Part shown: positions 24,030 to 35,850 of the stretch, one piece after another
Layout: each line of letters starts with the position of its first letter
Position numbering within the stretch: the first letter of the stretch is position 1
Origin: Eledone cirrhosa
Lineage: Eukaryota
NCBI GenBank assembly: GCA_964016885.1
Contig: OZ024743.1
Span: 327,298,001 to 327,362,000, forward strand
DNA: 64,000 nucleotides
Direction: 5' to 3'
Translations under genes and position numbers: made by a program
The notes under the pieces: generated by a model
What the model was told of the DNA's origin: nothing
What the model saw: the letters and a program-made list of their open reading frames with translations, nothing else
The model's database searches: none

Positions 24030-25335
24030 GGTTGCACAGCTCTCACCACATCTGCCCAGGTCTTCCTTGGTCTACCTCTTCTGCGGCTTCCATCCACTGG
24101 GATTTCCTGGCACTTTTGCACCCATAAATCATCATCTATGCACATCACTTGCCCATACAAATGTAGTCTTTTCTCACCACTTCTGATTCCTCTTAAACCC
24201 AGATTCTTACTCAGTTCATCCAAGCTCTGCCTGTCTGTCACATTTACATTGCACATCCAACGAAGCATGGTAGCTTCATTTCTCTCCAGCCTACACATGT
24301 CCTCTGCAGTCACTGCCCATGTTTCACTACCATGCAGCATCGCACTTCACACACTGGTGTTATACAGTTATCTTTTTGTATATAGGTTGAAACTTTTTGT
24401 TATCAACAGTGGGAGTAGCTCTTTAAACTTTTTCTATCCTATCCTTATATGAGCTGTTATGCTCTTGGAGCACCCTCCTCACTGCTAATTAGGTCTCCCA
24501 GGTAGCAGAAGCTATGGATACTTCATGTGATTGGAAAATGTTTATATCACTGATGCTCTTCCCATTGATTACCCCTGTGCATCTAGTACATGTGAAAACT
24601 TCCTTTCCTGTTAATCTGCCTGCTATCCCACTACGCCTCTTGTGTACCCAAGATTAGTTTGTATACAACGTATAGAGTTTATGCCAACTCTTTTTCTGTG
24701 TATCGAGCAGGGCCATTTCCATGATGGGATCAAGGTCATGTCTTCTTTCCGGCATACCAACACTTTAATTTTTTTCTAAGTTTACTTTTCATTTTAAATT
24801 ATGTTTCCATTGTTGGAACTTATTCTCTAGTTCTTTTATGGATTCAACTATAAGGACCAGGTCATCTGCATAGAGATGTTTCCATGGATAGCCAGTTTTA
24901 AACTACTCCATTATGTCCTGGAGAACTATGATGGATAGCTGTGGGCTGAGAACCAAACCCTGAACTCCTACCTATACATTGAATTCCTCCCTAAACTCAC
25001 TTCCTACTCTCACTTTTCTAACAGCTTCTCTGTACATGACTTGCACAGCTCTCTCAAGCCATTCTTCTACACCTAATTTTCTTAAGGACCACCAGATAAC
25101 AGATCAGATTACTCTTTTAAGGACCACCAGATAACAGATCAGATTACTCTTTTAAGGACCACCAGATAACAGATCAGATCCACATACCAAATATAGTGGA
25201 TTATTTTTGGCTAGGAATTTCTCTTGTAGTTGTCTCATTAAGAAGAGGGCATCTGTAGTACTTTTTCAGGGATAAAATTGAACTGAATCTCATCTAATTT
25301 GATTCTTTTCCAAATTAACTGTGCTAGATCTCTTT
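24030..25335 (-). mobile_element. RTE LINE RT/3' fragment
   Basis: MLHGSETW..ERNEATMLRWMC, LYADD and a PHD-like segment. Contains an internal 35-bp triplication at 25082-25180. Confidence 0.9.
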
Positions 25336-25434
25336 ATATATGTGTGTGTGTACATTATCTATAAATATTTATATATATAATAAAGGTAAAATTATATGTA
25401 CAATGCTCGAAGGAGAGTAGAGAATTATATATTA

Positions 25435-26229
25435 CTAGCTGACGTACCCAGCTTCACCCGGGTAAACAGATGATAAGAAAAGACAGGTAAAAGAGAAAAT
25501 GACTGTATTGGTGTTTGTCTGGTTACAGTATGAGGCGAGTCCATGGTGTCTGTGTGATACAGAAAACAGTAAAAAAAAATCTTCCAGATATACCAGATTC
25601 TTCGTTGTACCGTTTGTGCATAGTATATGAACAATTCTAGGTGCTCCCACCTAGAATAGTGACCTCTAGGAGATGGTTCATCTTCTGCCTGACTGTAAAA
25701 CGTGTATCATTGCATAGAAGTGGTTGTTCCACGTTTCTCAAAAGAATGATGGAAGTTCCAATCTTTTATATTATATGTAGATATAGATATAGATAATTAA
25801 TATAAAAGATGATGCTCAGCCAGTTCGTCTTCAACCATCGCAGTATGCCATCGTTGCTTGGCTCCAGTGTTTCGTTGGCGTTGTTCAGCCAGCTCCTCTT
25901 CATTCATGGCGGCACGTCTTCGCCTCTGAAATTCGGCGTTCCGAACTTCACACATGTTGATAGTTTTTACTTTCTGTGGAACGCTGCACGCACGCACACA
26001 CACATAAACATACGCACACGTACATACACACGCACACATGGTAATAGTTACAGCGTTCACTTTGCCTCTCTGTTTCTTACTCTCCCCTCTCACTCCCTCA
26101 TTGGCATTATGCATATTAATTTAAGTTTGGTGTCGTTGAGGTGGGCGGAGTCGTTTGAAACCTATGAACCAATGATAATCGAGAAGTATGACACACGGAA
26201 TACTGACGTTGTTGAAATTAATATATAGA
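25435..26229 (-). mobile_element. Composite non-autonomous Helitron with a RepHel N-terminal-like fragment
   Basis: 3' hairpin acccgggtgaagctgggt followed by CTAG|t at 25435. TC-type 5' ends at ~25793 and 26229. Peptide RNAEFQRRRRAAMNEEELAEQRQRN lies between them. Confidence 0.6.
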
Positions 26230-26429
26230 TAGTATATAATTGTCATGTCTTTTCAGAATTAGCTTGATGTGTTAATATATTATATAGGTTTGAAGAGAAA
26301 GCAGTTTTTAGTGAGAAAGATTTGGAGATGTATACATAAACACAAAGCAAATATAAACAAGTATATCTTCTCCCCCCCCCCCATACACTTATTCCTAGGT
26401 GGGTTGTAGAGGCAGAGTCCTCAAGCACA

Positions 26430-26690
26430 TCATCATCATCATCATCATTTTACGCCCGCTTTTCCCTGCTTGCAAGGGTGGGACGAAAACTGATTCTGGC
26501 TTGATTTCTACAGCTGGATACCCTTCCTAATTTACAGTGAGTGCTGGGTGCTTTTTTGCCGTGGCACCTCCACGACCACTTTGCAGTGGAATGATAGGGA
26601 CCCCAGTCCCTATCATCTCATTTTTACAGCTGAGTAAACTGGAGCAATGTGAAATAAAGTGTCTTGCTCAAGGAAACAACACATCACCCT
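26430..26690 (-). mobile_element. SINE family C (CORE-like domain + RTE-derived tail), 5'-truncated
   Basis: Same junction and sequence as 45425-45815. Confidence 0.75.
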
Positions 26691-26744
26691 TCCAGTAAAT
26701 CCTGTCAGAAGCAACTGGCTCCAAATGATCTGGCTGGATCACCA

Positions 26745-26990
26745 ACATGATGCCTCTATATTTTCCTCTATCATGTGCATATCCTTTACCCTTGTAGCAG
26801 TTGGCAATGATGCTGTGGCGCCAATCATTCGGTATGACACCATTTAGGATTACTTGGTTTACAATACGTGTGGTTAAGGTGTGACCCACTAACCCAGATA
26901 TTTTCACCATCTCGGCAACTATCCGTGCTTGACTGGCTGCTTTCTTGGTCTTCATATCCTTAATTGCCTTACTTACTAGACTGATGCTGA
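26745..26990 (-). mobile_element. RTE LINE internal fragment
   Basis: AIKDMKTKKA...IVAEM...IPNDW...YKGKG...YRGIML. Confidence 0.85.
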
Positions 26991-28229
26991 CTTGCATGTG
27001 TGTACACACAGACTCACACAACTGTATTATATAATCCTATAATATATATGTAGATGGAAATAGCAATGAAAACTTCAATGGGTCATGCTTCCTGATTTGT
27101 GGAGACAATTATATGAGTGCCGTTGATGGAAGATCCAACCTTCTAATGGATTATGGTTTATTTAGTATGTATTATGTCCTAGGAGGTGAAAGCTAAAGCA
27201 CAAGATGTAAAGCCTAATATTATATCTAAATTTTGTACCCTTAACAGTTCTTTAAGTTCAGAAGGTGAGTAGAAATGGGTTGCAGTAACATCTGTCCATT
27301 ATTACAACAGAAATTGAATGGAGGATTTTTCTTGGAGCTCCTAAAGAATCTTTCCACCAACCATCTGAATGCATCACATTTAGAACATTTCTCATCCATC
27401 TTTTTCACAAAGTTTATTTCAATTACATCCTTTTTTTAATCGTCAATTGTTTGATGTTTGGAAAGTGTCTAGCCAGTTCCTCTTATAGTTAGTAGTTCTC
27501 TAAATTCATTCTTACCTTATCATTCAAATGCACCAAACATTTCACATTCAGAAGAGCATGCTCACCTCATTTTGTTCCAGTCTTTGCACATAATCTGCGT
27601 TCAATGCACGTTTTCCTACCATGCACTTTGTAAACAAACATGACACAATCAGTCCTTCACTCAGAAAGAGAAATGGACAAATATTATGTGTAGTATGTTC
27701 ATTATAACAGAAATAAAAATAATAATAATTGTTTCTACTTTTGGCACAAGGCCAGCAATTACTCAGTACATTACTGGTACTTTATTTTATCGACCCCATA
27801 AGGATGAAAGGCAGAGTCAACCTCGGCGTAATAATAATGATGTAGAAATCATTATAGCAAAAAAACAAAACAAATCATAATAAAAAGCACTGCATATACC
27901 CAAGGCACACAGATATATGCTCAGTTGTGCAGTAAAATCTTACTGAAATAATAACAATAATGTTTGAATGAGGTTGTCAACATGAGATATCATCATCATC
28001 ATCAATCCTCCAGTGTAATTCAATAGATAAAAGGTCACTTTACATTATGATTGTATAACATACTTGTAACATGATAGCTTACTGGTGTTGCAAAAATGGT
28101 GGCAAATAATTATTGTTGCAGCAGTAAAGAGTTAAAATGTCAGACTTGCAGAAATGGCAGAATATCAGTCTTTCACTTTCATTTATTATTTTTTAACTGT
28201 TATTAGTAAGGAGGTGTGGAGCTGTGGTA

Positions 28230-29300
28230 CAGGGCAAGGCTGGACTTGGTAGATCATCAACCCGTCTGGATACTGCAAACAGGAAAGTAAGGCAGAACTT
28301 GTTGCAGGGAGAGGTGCAAGCTTCACCAGACGGGGTGCAAGTAACCAAATCAGAGGCATTTCAAAAGTAAGGTAATTGGATAAAGTGAGCACAGGTAGTG
28401 GAGTGGAACATCACTTGGCAGGACATCTAGAAGTGGATAACATTTTTTCATTCAGTAGGGCCTATAATGTCCTGCACAGCATATCCAAACTCTTTCTATA
28501 AGGTAAGGTACAAACACCAGCATAGTAACTTTGTACCAAATCAGGAGCTCTTGAGCATATCTTGAACAGCTGCGCCAAAGCACTGAAGGAGGGATGCTAT
28601 TCTGGGAGATACGATCAGGTCCTGAAACCTATTGCTGAAGCAATCAGTAAGAGGATCAGACAGCAGGCACACATATGCTACAGCTAGGAAGATCATGTTT
28701 GTTAAAGAGAGTGAATAACTGAAGAGAAAATCTAAGAACTGTTTGGGTGGTTTGCTTGTCACAGCACGAGACTGGGTAATGGCAGTTGACCTGGAAAGGT
28801 GACTGAAACTTCCATCACATATTCAGTCAATGTTGAGATAGACGTTATTTAGGTTTCCAATGTCTTAATACGGGTCATTCTAGTGGAGCTAATTGCTACC
28901 TGGGAGAATAGGATGGTGGAGGCACAGGAGAGGTATAAATAGCAGGGGTTGAAGGAAGACTGCTACAGGAACAGATGGAGGACCAGGTGTATGCCAGGGG
29001 AGGTTGACAGTCGAGTGTTTGCAGCTCATTTCCTTAGCAAAGCCTACAGAACTCTGAGCATTACAGGAGCAAGTAAGAAGAGAGCCATCATGAACAATGT
29101 AGAAGCAGCAGAGTGGACATCTAGATGACTTTGGCTAAAGGGAAGTGACAAGTTGGGTCAGTAATATGTATGCTACTTGAACACAGATGGAGACTTGATC
29201 ATCTTCGATTGGGTCACCTCGATGAAAGTGACTATGTTATAAGACCTGAAAAACTCAGTGACTTTAGGATACAACACTGGTGATGTGTCCAAGATTTGCC
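28230..29300 (+). mobile_element. HERO-clade (RLE) non-LTR retrotransposon 3' fragment, decayed
   Basis: LEHILNSCAKALKEG...DQVLKPIAEAI, ARDWVMAVDLE, ILVEL..WE.RM.EAQER, WRTRCMP.EV and EAAEWTSR*LWLK. HERO-type 3' UTR ending acaacactggtgatgtgtcc. Confidence 0.85.
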
Positions 29301-29364
29301 ATCTGTGGATATGTGAAGAACCTGGTTACTATAGATTTCAATAAAACCTCTGTCAAAAACTGTG

Positions 29365-30090
29365 TTGTTGTTAAGCTCCAGTTCTAATCAAACCTGACCT
29401 ATGATGAAAAATATTGTAGCCATGACCATCCGATATTTTTTTCAGATACAATGCATCCAGGATAACCTTCATTTAATGTGTATTTTATTTTTATTTTTTA
29501 AATAGTAATGGTGTAGTTTGATGAAGATTTAACTGCTGTTTTTAGCAGTTTGCACAACTATACAGAGCAATGGTTTTTATTTTTACAGTTTACAGCACAC
29601 TGGAAGCTGTATTAAAAGTGCTACAGTTACAATCAGCTTTATATAAAAGTTTTACATAAAGAAAGAGTGTTAAAATTATTTTAAAACAGCAGTGGGCAAA
29701 TGCATTGCATTTTGCTGCAAAGTGTGGTGCATTAAAAAAAAAGTCTTCTAAATATTCTGTTATTTTTAGACTCACCTAAAAAAAACACAGCACACTTGCA
29801 GACAACATGCAGTAGAATGGTCAAAGACCTCTGATATAACGGATCCTTTGTTGGCTTGTGAAAAATAACAAAAGGAAGATTGTAAGAAAGGCAATAGATC
29901 TATTGTCAAATGAACTTGCATTCAAAAGCTATGTTATTGTTGTTTAGCAGCAGTCCTCATCCTATCCTTTTCCGAGGGAAAGTACTTTCAGGATCACATT
30001 AGCCAATGTGTCCTTTTTAAAGACAGCAGGATGTAATTTGAAGGACATTTGGTTGCTGTTCATAGAAAATTGTCTACTAAGAAGCTCCCA
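29365..30090 (+). repeat. Two copies (29365-29570 and 29935-30090) of a dispersed repeat
   Basis: Shared gttgtt(t)agc...aatgtgt...gtgtagtttg/gatgtaatttg...ctg(c)tgtt. Further copies near 31155 and 49170-49400. Confidence 0.55.
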
Positions 30091-31618
30091 TGTTAAGTCA
30101 AGAAACTTCCTCATGTTTATTGTTGGTGAACCTTTAGCGGTGTAAAGAGGATGATTGTTTGTTGTCAATTTAGTTCATTTGTTGGATGGTAGTATGAGTT
30201 TCGAAGATGATGTTGTCGAAGTAGTTGAATGAGTGAGTAGCTTGTTGGTTGAGTGATGGCAAGTGAGTAAATGAAGTATGTCTCATTGGGTCAAAAATGA
30301 TTTTCCCAAATCATATGAATAAGAATTAACAAATGAACAAAACACTGTTAATTTAAATGTTTTTATTTGTAACAGGATTTGCTTTGGAATCATGTGCAAG
30401 GAAAGAGATGCAAATATAAATGCAGTATGTTATATGTGTGAATACCATAGTAATATTTACTAACCTGTGTTGGTAGCAATCTCAGCTGCTGCTGATCCCA
30501 ACAAGGCTGGCTAGTGAAAGTTTGTGACTGTGTGCCTATGTGTTTACATAACAAAGCTGACCCAAATAAAATATCTGTATGTTGTAGAGTTGAAAGCAGA
30601 GTGTCTTTTGCTGAGTCAAAAAGCAGACTATTGGCAGGAGGGGGAGCTAAAAACTTTTTGTATATATACAAGCAACATTAAATAGATGGTCTTTTCCACT
30701 GTTCTCTTTTCGAAGACTCTGGTGTTGTAACCTCCTATAAGACAACATTATCTAGGTTTTGGGCTCTGAGGTCACAGCTCAGTCTTTTAGTGGTCGTCTG
30801 TGACAGACTAAGAAAATCATTATGTGAAAAACATGTTGAGATTTCACTACAACCCTGTCTCACTGCATTAAAATTAATCATGCACAGGTGTTGATTGCAA
30901 TAGCTAAATGTATAAGTTTAATTAGGATCCATGAATAGCATCATTATTTTTTCTTTTGTGATTCACTCAGGGTGGGGATTTTGAATTACTATATTTAAAA
31001 ATGAATCTATGATCCAACTGAAAGATTTAAGTTCAGTTTTGAAAGATTTGTTTTCTCCAAGAACAATAGTATCACTTATTGTTTTTTAATTGCTTTGTAC
31101 TGAAAGAAATAATAAATCCTTGCAATATTTAGTTCCATCTATTCTCTATGGGTTTGTAGTTGTTGTTTAGCTCCAAATCAACAGTGATCAAACTATTACC
31201 TTGATTAAATGCACCTAATCCATGCTTTAAAATGAGTGAGATTCTTTGAGACTAACCCTGTCTATGCAAACAGAAAAAGGGACATAAAATAGATGATGAA
31301 ACTCATGTGACCAAACTTTCTGAAGACTGCTCTATGTATTTCATTTTACAACTCTGTATATGTGGTAGTGCTGGTGCCATGATAAAGTGCACCCAGTCCA
31401 CCTTATCGGATGATAGTGCTGCCAGACTGGAACGTATGCATGAGATGCAGTTATCTGACAACCCATCTAACCCATGCAAGCATGGAAAAAATGAATGTAA
31501 AATGTTGATAAAAGGTGATATAAATATGATGGTTGAGTTGACATAGTATTGAATTACCAGATTATTAATTCTGAATTTGGTTTACTACAGAGGTTTCCAT
31601 GTATATCTGGTCAGTAAT

Positions 31619-32036
31619 CAGTGGTTGCCAACCGGTGGTTTGTGGACCACTGGTGGCATTTATAATTTTGTTATATTTAATAGGTGCACTTCATATTAAT
31701 AAAATGCAGGTTCTCTGATCATTATTTTACAAATGGGTGGAGGATTGGCAGTATCGGTAGAGGGTCAGACGCCATGCTTTGCAGTATAGAGTTACGGCCC
31801 TTTACGGTCTGAGTTCAAATCCTGCCGAGGTTAACTTTGCCTTGCCTTTCATCCTTACAGTGTCAATAAAATAAAGCAACAGTAATACACTGGGTAATTG
31901 CTAGCCTTGTGCCAAAAGTAGAAACAGTTGTTTTACAAATGTGTTTATCTTTTAAAAAAAACTCATATTAGTGGTCCGCGGGATTTAAAATTAGGAATTT
32001 AGTGGTCTGTGAGGTCTGAAAGGTTGGCGACCATCG
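31619..32036. mobile_element. hAT (Charlie-like) MITE with a nested family A SINE (31735-31930)
   Basis: Termini cagtggttgccaacc ... ggttggcgaccatcg. Confidence 0.7.
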
Positions 32037-32694
32037 CTCTTAATTCTACATTTTCGTTTCATTTTCTTCTCAGAAATAGTTGTCATACCAGCTGGAAATA
32101 ATATTTGAGCTGTACAGGTGTCCTGGTGTCCTATTCAGAGAAAAATATATCTCTTATCTGCTTTATACTATAAATCAGCACACAAAAAAATAGTTTGTAT
32201 AAACTCTAGCCTATGTAAACTCACTCAACACATTCCATCTAGTTACAGGTTCAAGTTGTCTCAGTAATCAGAGACTGTCAGGTTCTCTATTTGTGTTAAA
32301 TATCTTTCTTAGTATTAAGTAACTTTCTCAATTTAATGTTGTGTAAAAATCTATTTGCTAACCCTGATTGTAAACAATATATTTTTTGTCTAATCATTGA
32401 GGGTTCTCACCTTTCATTATTCATGATTACTTTACATTGAAATCACAACAAAGATCATTGTATCTACCTATGATTTCTTAGGGTGTAACCTACTGAATAT
32501 AAGATACCTAGATTTCAGTCTCTACTTCTATTTTAGTCACATAAGTTAAATAACATTATTACCACCCCATATGAAAACTATCACAGGTATTTGTGTAGAT
32601 CACTTTTGTTTATGTAATTTAAGTAGTATAAAATCATCATCATCATCATTATCACCACCACCACCACATCATCATCATCATCATCATCATTATC

Positions 32695-33960
32695 AGGGTA
32701 GAGAGGGAGGTGCTCTCTTCCCAGCTTTTTGTTGAAAGATGGGTGAGAGAAGCAAGTATGGCCCGAATGAATGGACCTACTCTGAGTATATGCCTGTAAA
32801 TTGAAGGTGGAAAACTGGGAGAGGACATTTGCCCTGGTGGTCAGGGTCACTGTGGCTTTTTTTAATGGGCTTTCTCCACGATGGCCCTCGGAAGTCTCCC
32901 CCCTATTGGGGAATTTTTCATTGTTCTTTTATTACATCCTCTGTTTTTTTTTGTTTTTTACACGCAGAAATGCCCATTTGTACCGTCCTGTATTGTCCTG
33001 TACTGTCCTTAATGTCTACTTTGTGTAAACCCTTGTGGTTAATAAAGAAAGCATTATTATTATTAAGAGGATTAGTGGAGGGGAAGAGCGACGACGTACT
33101 TGGGGAAACTCTAGGCGTCGACGAAAATCAACTAGCCAATCTCTTCGGAAGAACTTTCGGGCCGGGGCCTATGGACAACTTCCAGAAATCTCTGGCCTGG
33201 CAGTGCTACCAAGGAGCTTTGCCAGTTCAGGATAAACTCTACAGGCATGGAGGTGCCGTCAGCTGGGCATTTCCGAGATGCACGCAGGGCGACGAAACCG
33301 TCCTGCACGCACTCGTCCAGTGTCCGAAAATTGCTGACTTGTGGGTTTATGTCGAACACCTGCTGTCCCGTGTAGGACAGTTCCGGCTATCATCTGAGTC
33401 CATCATGAGGATTGCCCTGCCCTCTTCCTTTAGCCGGGAAGGGCAGGCAGTTTTTATCTGTCTGGTAGCCATGGCGAAAGAGATAGTATGGTGGACGCGT
33501 TTGAAAGGGCTGAAGACGAGCACTTACCTCTTTGGTGATGCCCTGATTGACTTTTTCAAATTTCATTTGAAAAGGAAAATCAGAGTAGAGAGGGAAGTGC
33601 TCTCTTCCCAGCATTTTGTTGAAAGATGGGTGAGAGAAGCAAGAATGGCCCGTATGAATGGGCTTACTCTGAGTATGTATCTGTAAATTAAAGGTGGAAA
33701 ACTGGGAGAGGGCACTTGCCTTGGTGGTCAGGGTCACTGTGGCCTTTTACTGGGCTTTCTTCACAAATGTCCCTCCAAAGTCTCCCCCCTATTGGGGAAT
33801 TTTTTATTGTTATTTTTTTGTTACATCCTCTGTTTTTGTTTTTTACACGCAGAAATGCCCATTTGTACCGTTCTGTATTGTCCTGCATTGTCCTTAATGT
33901 CTACTTTATGTAAACCCTTGTGGTTAATAAAGAAATCATTATTATTATTATTATTATTAT
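32695..33960 (+). mobile_element. Two tandem 5'-truncated L1/Tx1-like LINE 3' ends (32695-33063 and 33064-33960)
   Basis: zf-RVT-like region SLAWQCYQGALPVQDKL...PRC...ETVLHALVQC. The 3' UTR is duplicated and each copy ends aataaagaaa-(att)n. Confidence 0.88.
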
Positions 33961-34061
33961 TGTTCTTTGAGTCTCAGTCATTGATGTTATTTAACTGGAA
34001 GGCTTGTTGAAATGATGCTAGCGTGGAAGGTGGACGTTAAACGAAGATGATGATGATGATG

Positions 34062-35165
34062 AATATCAAGCCGCTACCTGCAGCCTCAGATATTCAGGAC
34101 GTATCGGAGGGTTCTTGCTATTCCCAGCAAGCATGCCTTTTGAAGTATTCCAAAAAGCGAGGCTGGACTAATCTTCTTTAACCATCCCTGGAAACTCTTT
34201 GAGATAGTACCTAGTGCTCCTATGACAATCGGGATGACCTTGATTTCATGGCAGTTCCAAATCCTTTTTAACTCCCACTTTAAGTCCTGGTATCAGTTAA
34301 TTTTCTCCCTCTCCTTCTCTTGCACTCTCGTGTCAAATGGGCAGGCTACATCCACAATCAGGCACAATCTTTTTTCTTTGTCCCAAACCACCAGGTCAGG
34401 TCTATTGTGTTCCAGTTTCTTGTCCGTCTGTATCCTAAAATCCCACAGCACCTTCACCTGATAGTTTTCTATCACCAACTCTGGCTTATGCTCATACCAC
34501 TTCTCAGAATGTCGTAAATTGTTTACTTTGCATAGGTGCCAGTGGATCACCCTGCCCATCACATCATGTCTCCAGCCTTTATAGTGAGTCTGGACTAGGT
34601 GTTTACACTCGGATACAATGTGAGCCACAGTCTCCTCTCTCTCTCCACAGATCCTACACAGTGGGCTAGCCTCCTCCTTGTAAATATGGTGTTTGACCCA
34701 TTTCGTTTTGAGGGCCTGCTCTTGCGCAGCCATTAGCATTCCTTCTGTAGCCTTTTTAAGGTCTCCTCTTTTCAACCAGTTCCATGTCTGTGGATCTCTA
34801 AATTCAGTTTTCTCAAAGAAGGTACTATGAAAGGATTTTTCATGATGGTTGTTCTTCCTCCTTGTTGTTATTTCCTCCTTAGACATCCCCTGGTCTATTG
34901 TCCTCTCATTTAGTACAATTCTGAGCATTGGCTCCCTACTATCAGTCATGTATTTGTGTAGGTTGTTTTTCTCCATCTGAACACAGTCCTCTATGCTGAT
35001 AAGACCTCTTCCACCTTCAGATCTCCTTAAGTAGAGTCTATCGACATCACTCCTCTTGTGGAACATGTTGTAGATAGTCAATAGCATCCTAGTCTTCCTA
35101 TCCATTTCTTTTTGTTCAGCAACATTCCATCTCAGAATTTCCGTACTGTACCTAATAATAGACAT
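34062..35165 (-). mobile_element. R4/Dong-clade non-LTR retrotransposon 3' fragment, little decayed
   Basis: DVDRLYLRRSEGGRGL, AAQEQAL, CRICGEREETVAHIVSEC, VLWDFRIQTD..HNRPD, VIPIVIGALG; one premature stop. Confidence 0.93.
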
Positions 35166-35167
35166 AG

Positions 35168-35345
35168 CAGGCATGACTGTGTGGTTAAGTAGTTAACTTC
35201 ACAACATGGTTTCAGGTTTAATTCCACTGAGTCATACCATGAGCCTCAGGTCAACCAATTCTTTGGCAAGTGTCATTTACCTTAGATTCAAGTTGACTCC
35301 TTTTTTGTGATTAAAATTGGGTAGATGAAATTGTTTGAAAGCCCA
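35168..35345 (+). mobile_element. tRNA-derived SINE, family D
   Basis: ggcatgactgtgtggttaag...ggtttaattccactg. Related copies at 13040-13160 (+), 140-235 (-) and 3890-4010 (-). Confidence 0.6.
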
Positions 35346-35394
35346 CCAGATGGACTATACCTATAATTCGTTTTTATGTGCTTGCATGGGTTGG

Positions 35395-35850
35395 ACAACA
35401 ATTTCACCTGATTTGTCTTTCAGGCTACCAACATTGAGAGTGGCAGTCCTGAGATTTGTACCTTGATAGTTGTTGTTATTTCTTTGGTTAGAGGTTCTAT
35501 GTACCTGAACGGGAAAGAGCTTGTGCAATTGCTTGATGACAGTCGAGGCATTATCGCATGGCTACTCTAGCCACCCCACTACATGACAAGTGTTAGCCCT
35601 GTATATGTAACTAGTGGAAATCATATTAGTCGGACTTTTCATAATTTTGGCTGGGCTTTACTGGCTAAGTTGCCCTTCCTATCACTAACCACAGTACAAT
35701 GTGGATTGGACACATTGTTCATGCCACCAGCACTAGCGGTTGTCTTACCAGACTTAAGAGTCCTCTCCACCCTGTATCAGTTTTTATTTGAAGTGTCTAC
35801 TCTCCTAGACGAGTAGCCTTCACTATGGCTTACAGAGCTCATGTCTCCCT
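35395..35850 (-). mobile_element. RTE LINE 5' end (5' UTR and endonuclease start)
   Basis: Minus strand reads NLRTATLNVGSLKDKSGEIV, downstream of a tctaggagag 5' UTR motif. Confidence 0.7.

Noticed and set aside
27248-27264. 17-nt micro-exon-like signal (taacag|...|gtgagt)
   Set aside because: It lies beside a decayed minus-strand RTE remnant (27380-27670) and has no supporting exons.
29200-29300. Hammerhead in the HERO 3' UTR
   Set aside because: No intact CTGANGA...GAAAC core in the right order in this copy.
30390-30810. Minus-strand ORF with a cag|gttagt donor
   Set aside because: Every frame from the candidate acceptors has stops and no motif is recognisable. It could only be a non-coding exon.
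32829-33686. 285-aa ORF as a host gene
   Set aside because: It is a chimera of one LINE 3' UTR and the ORF2 C-terminus of the next LINE copy.
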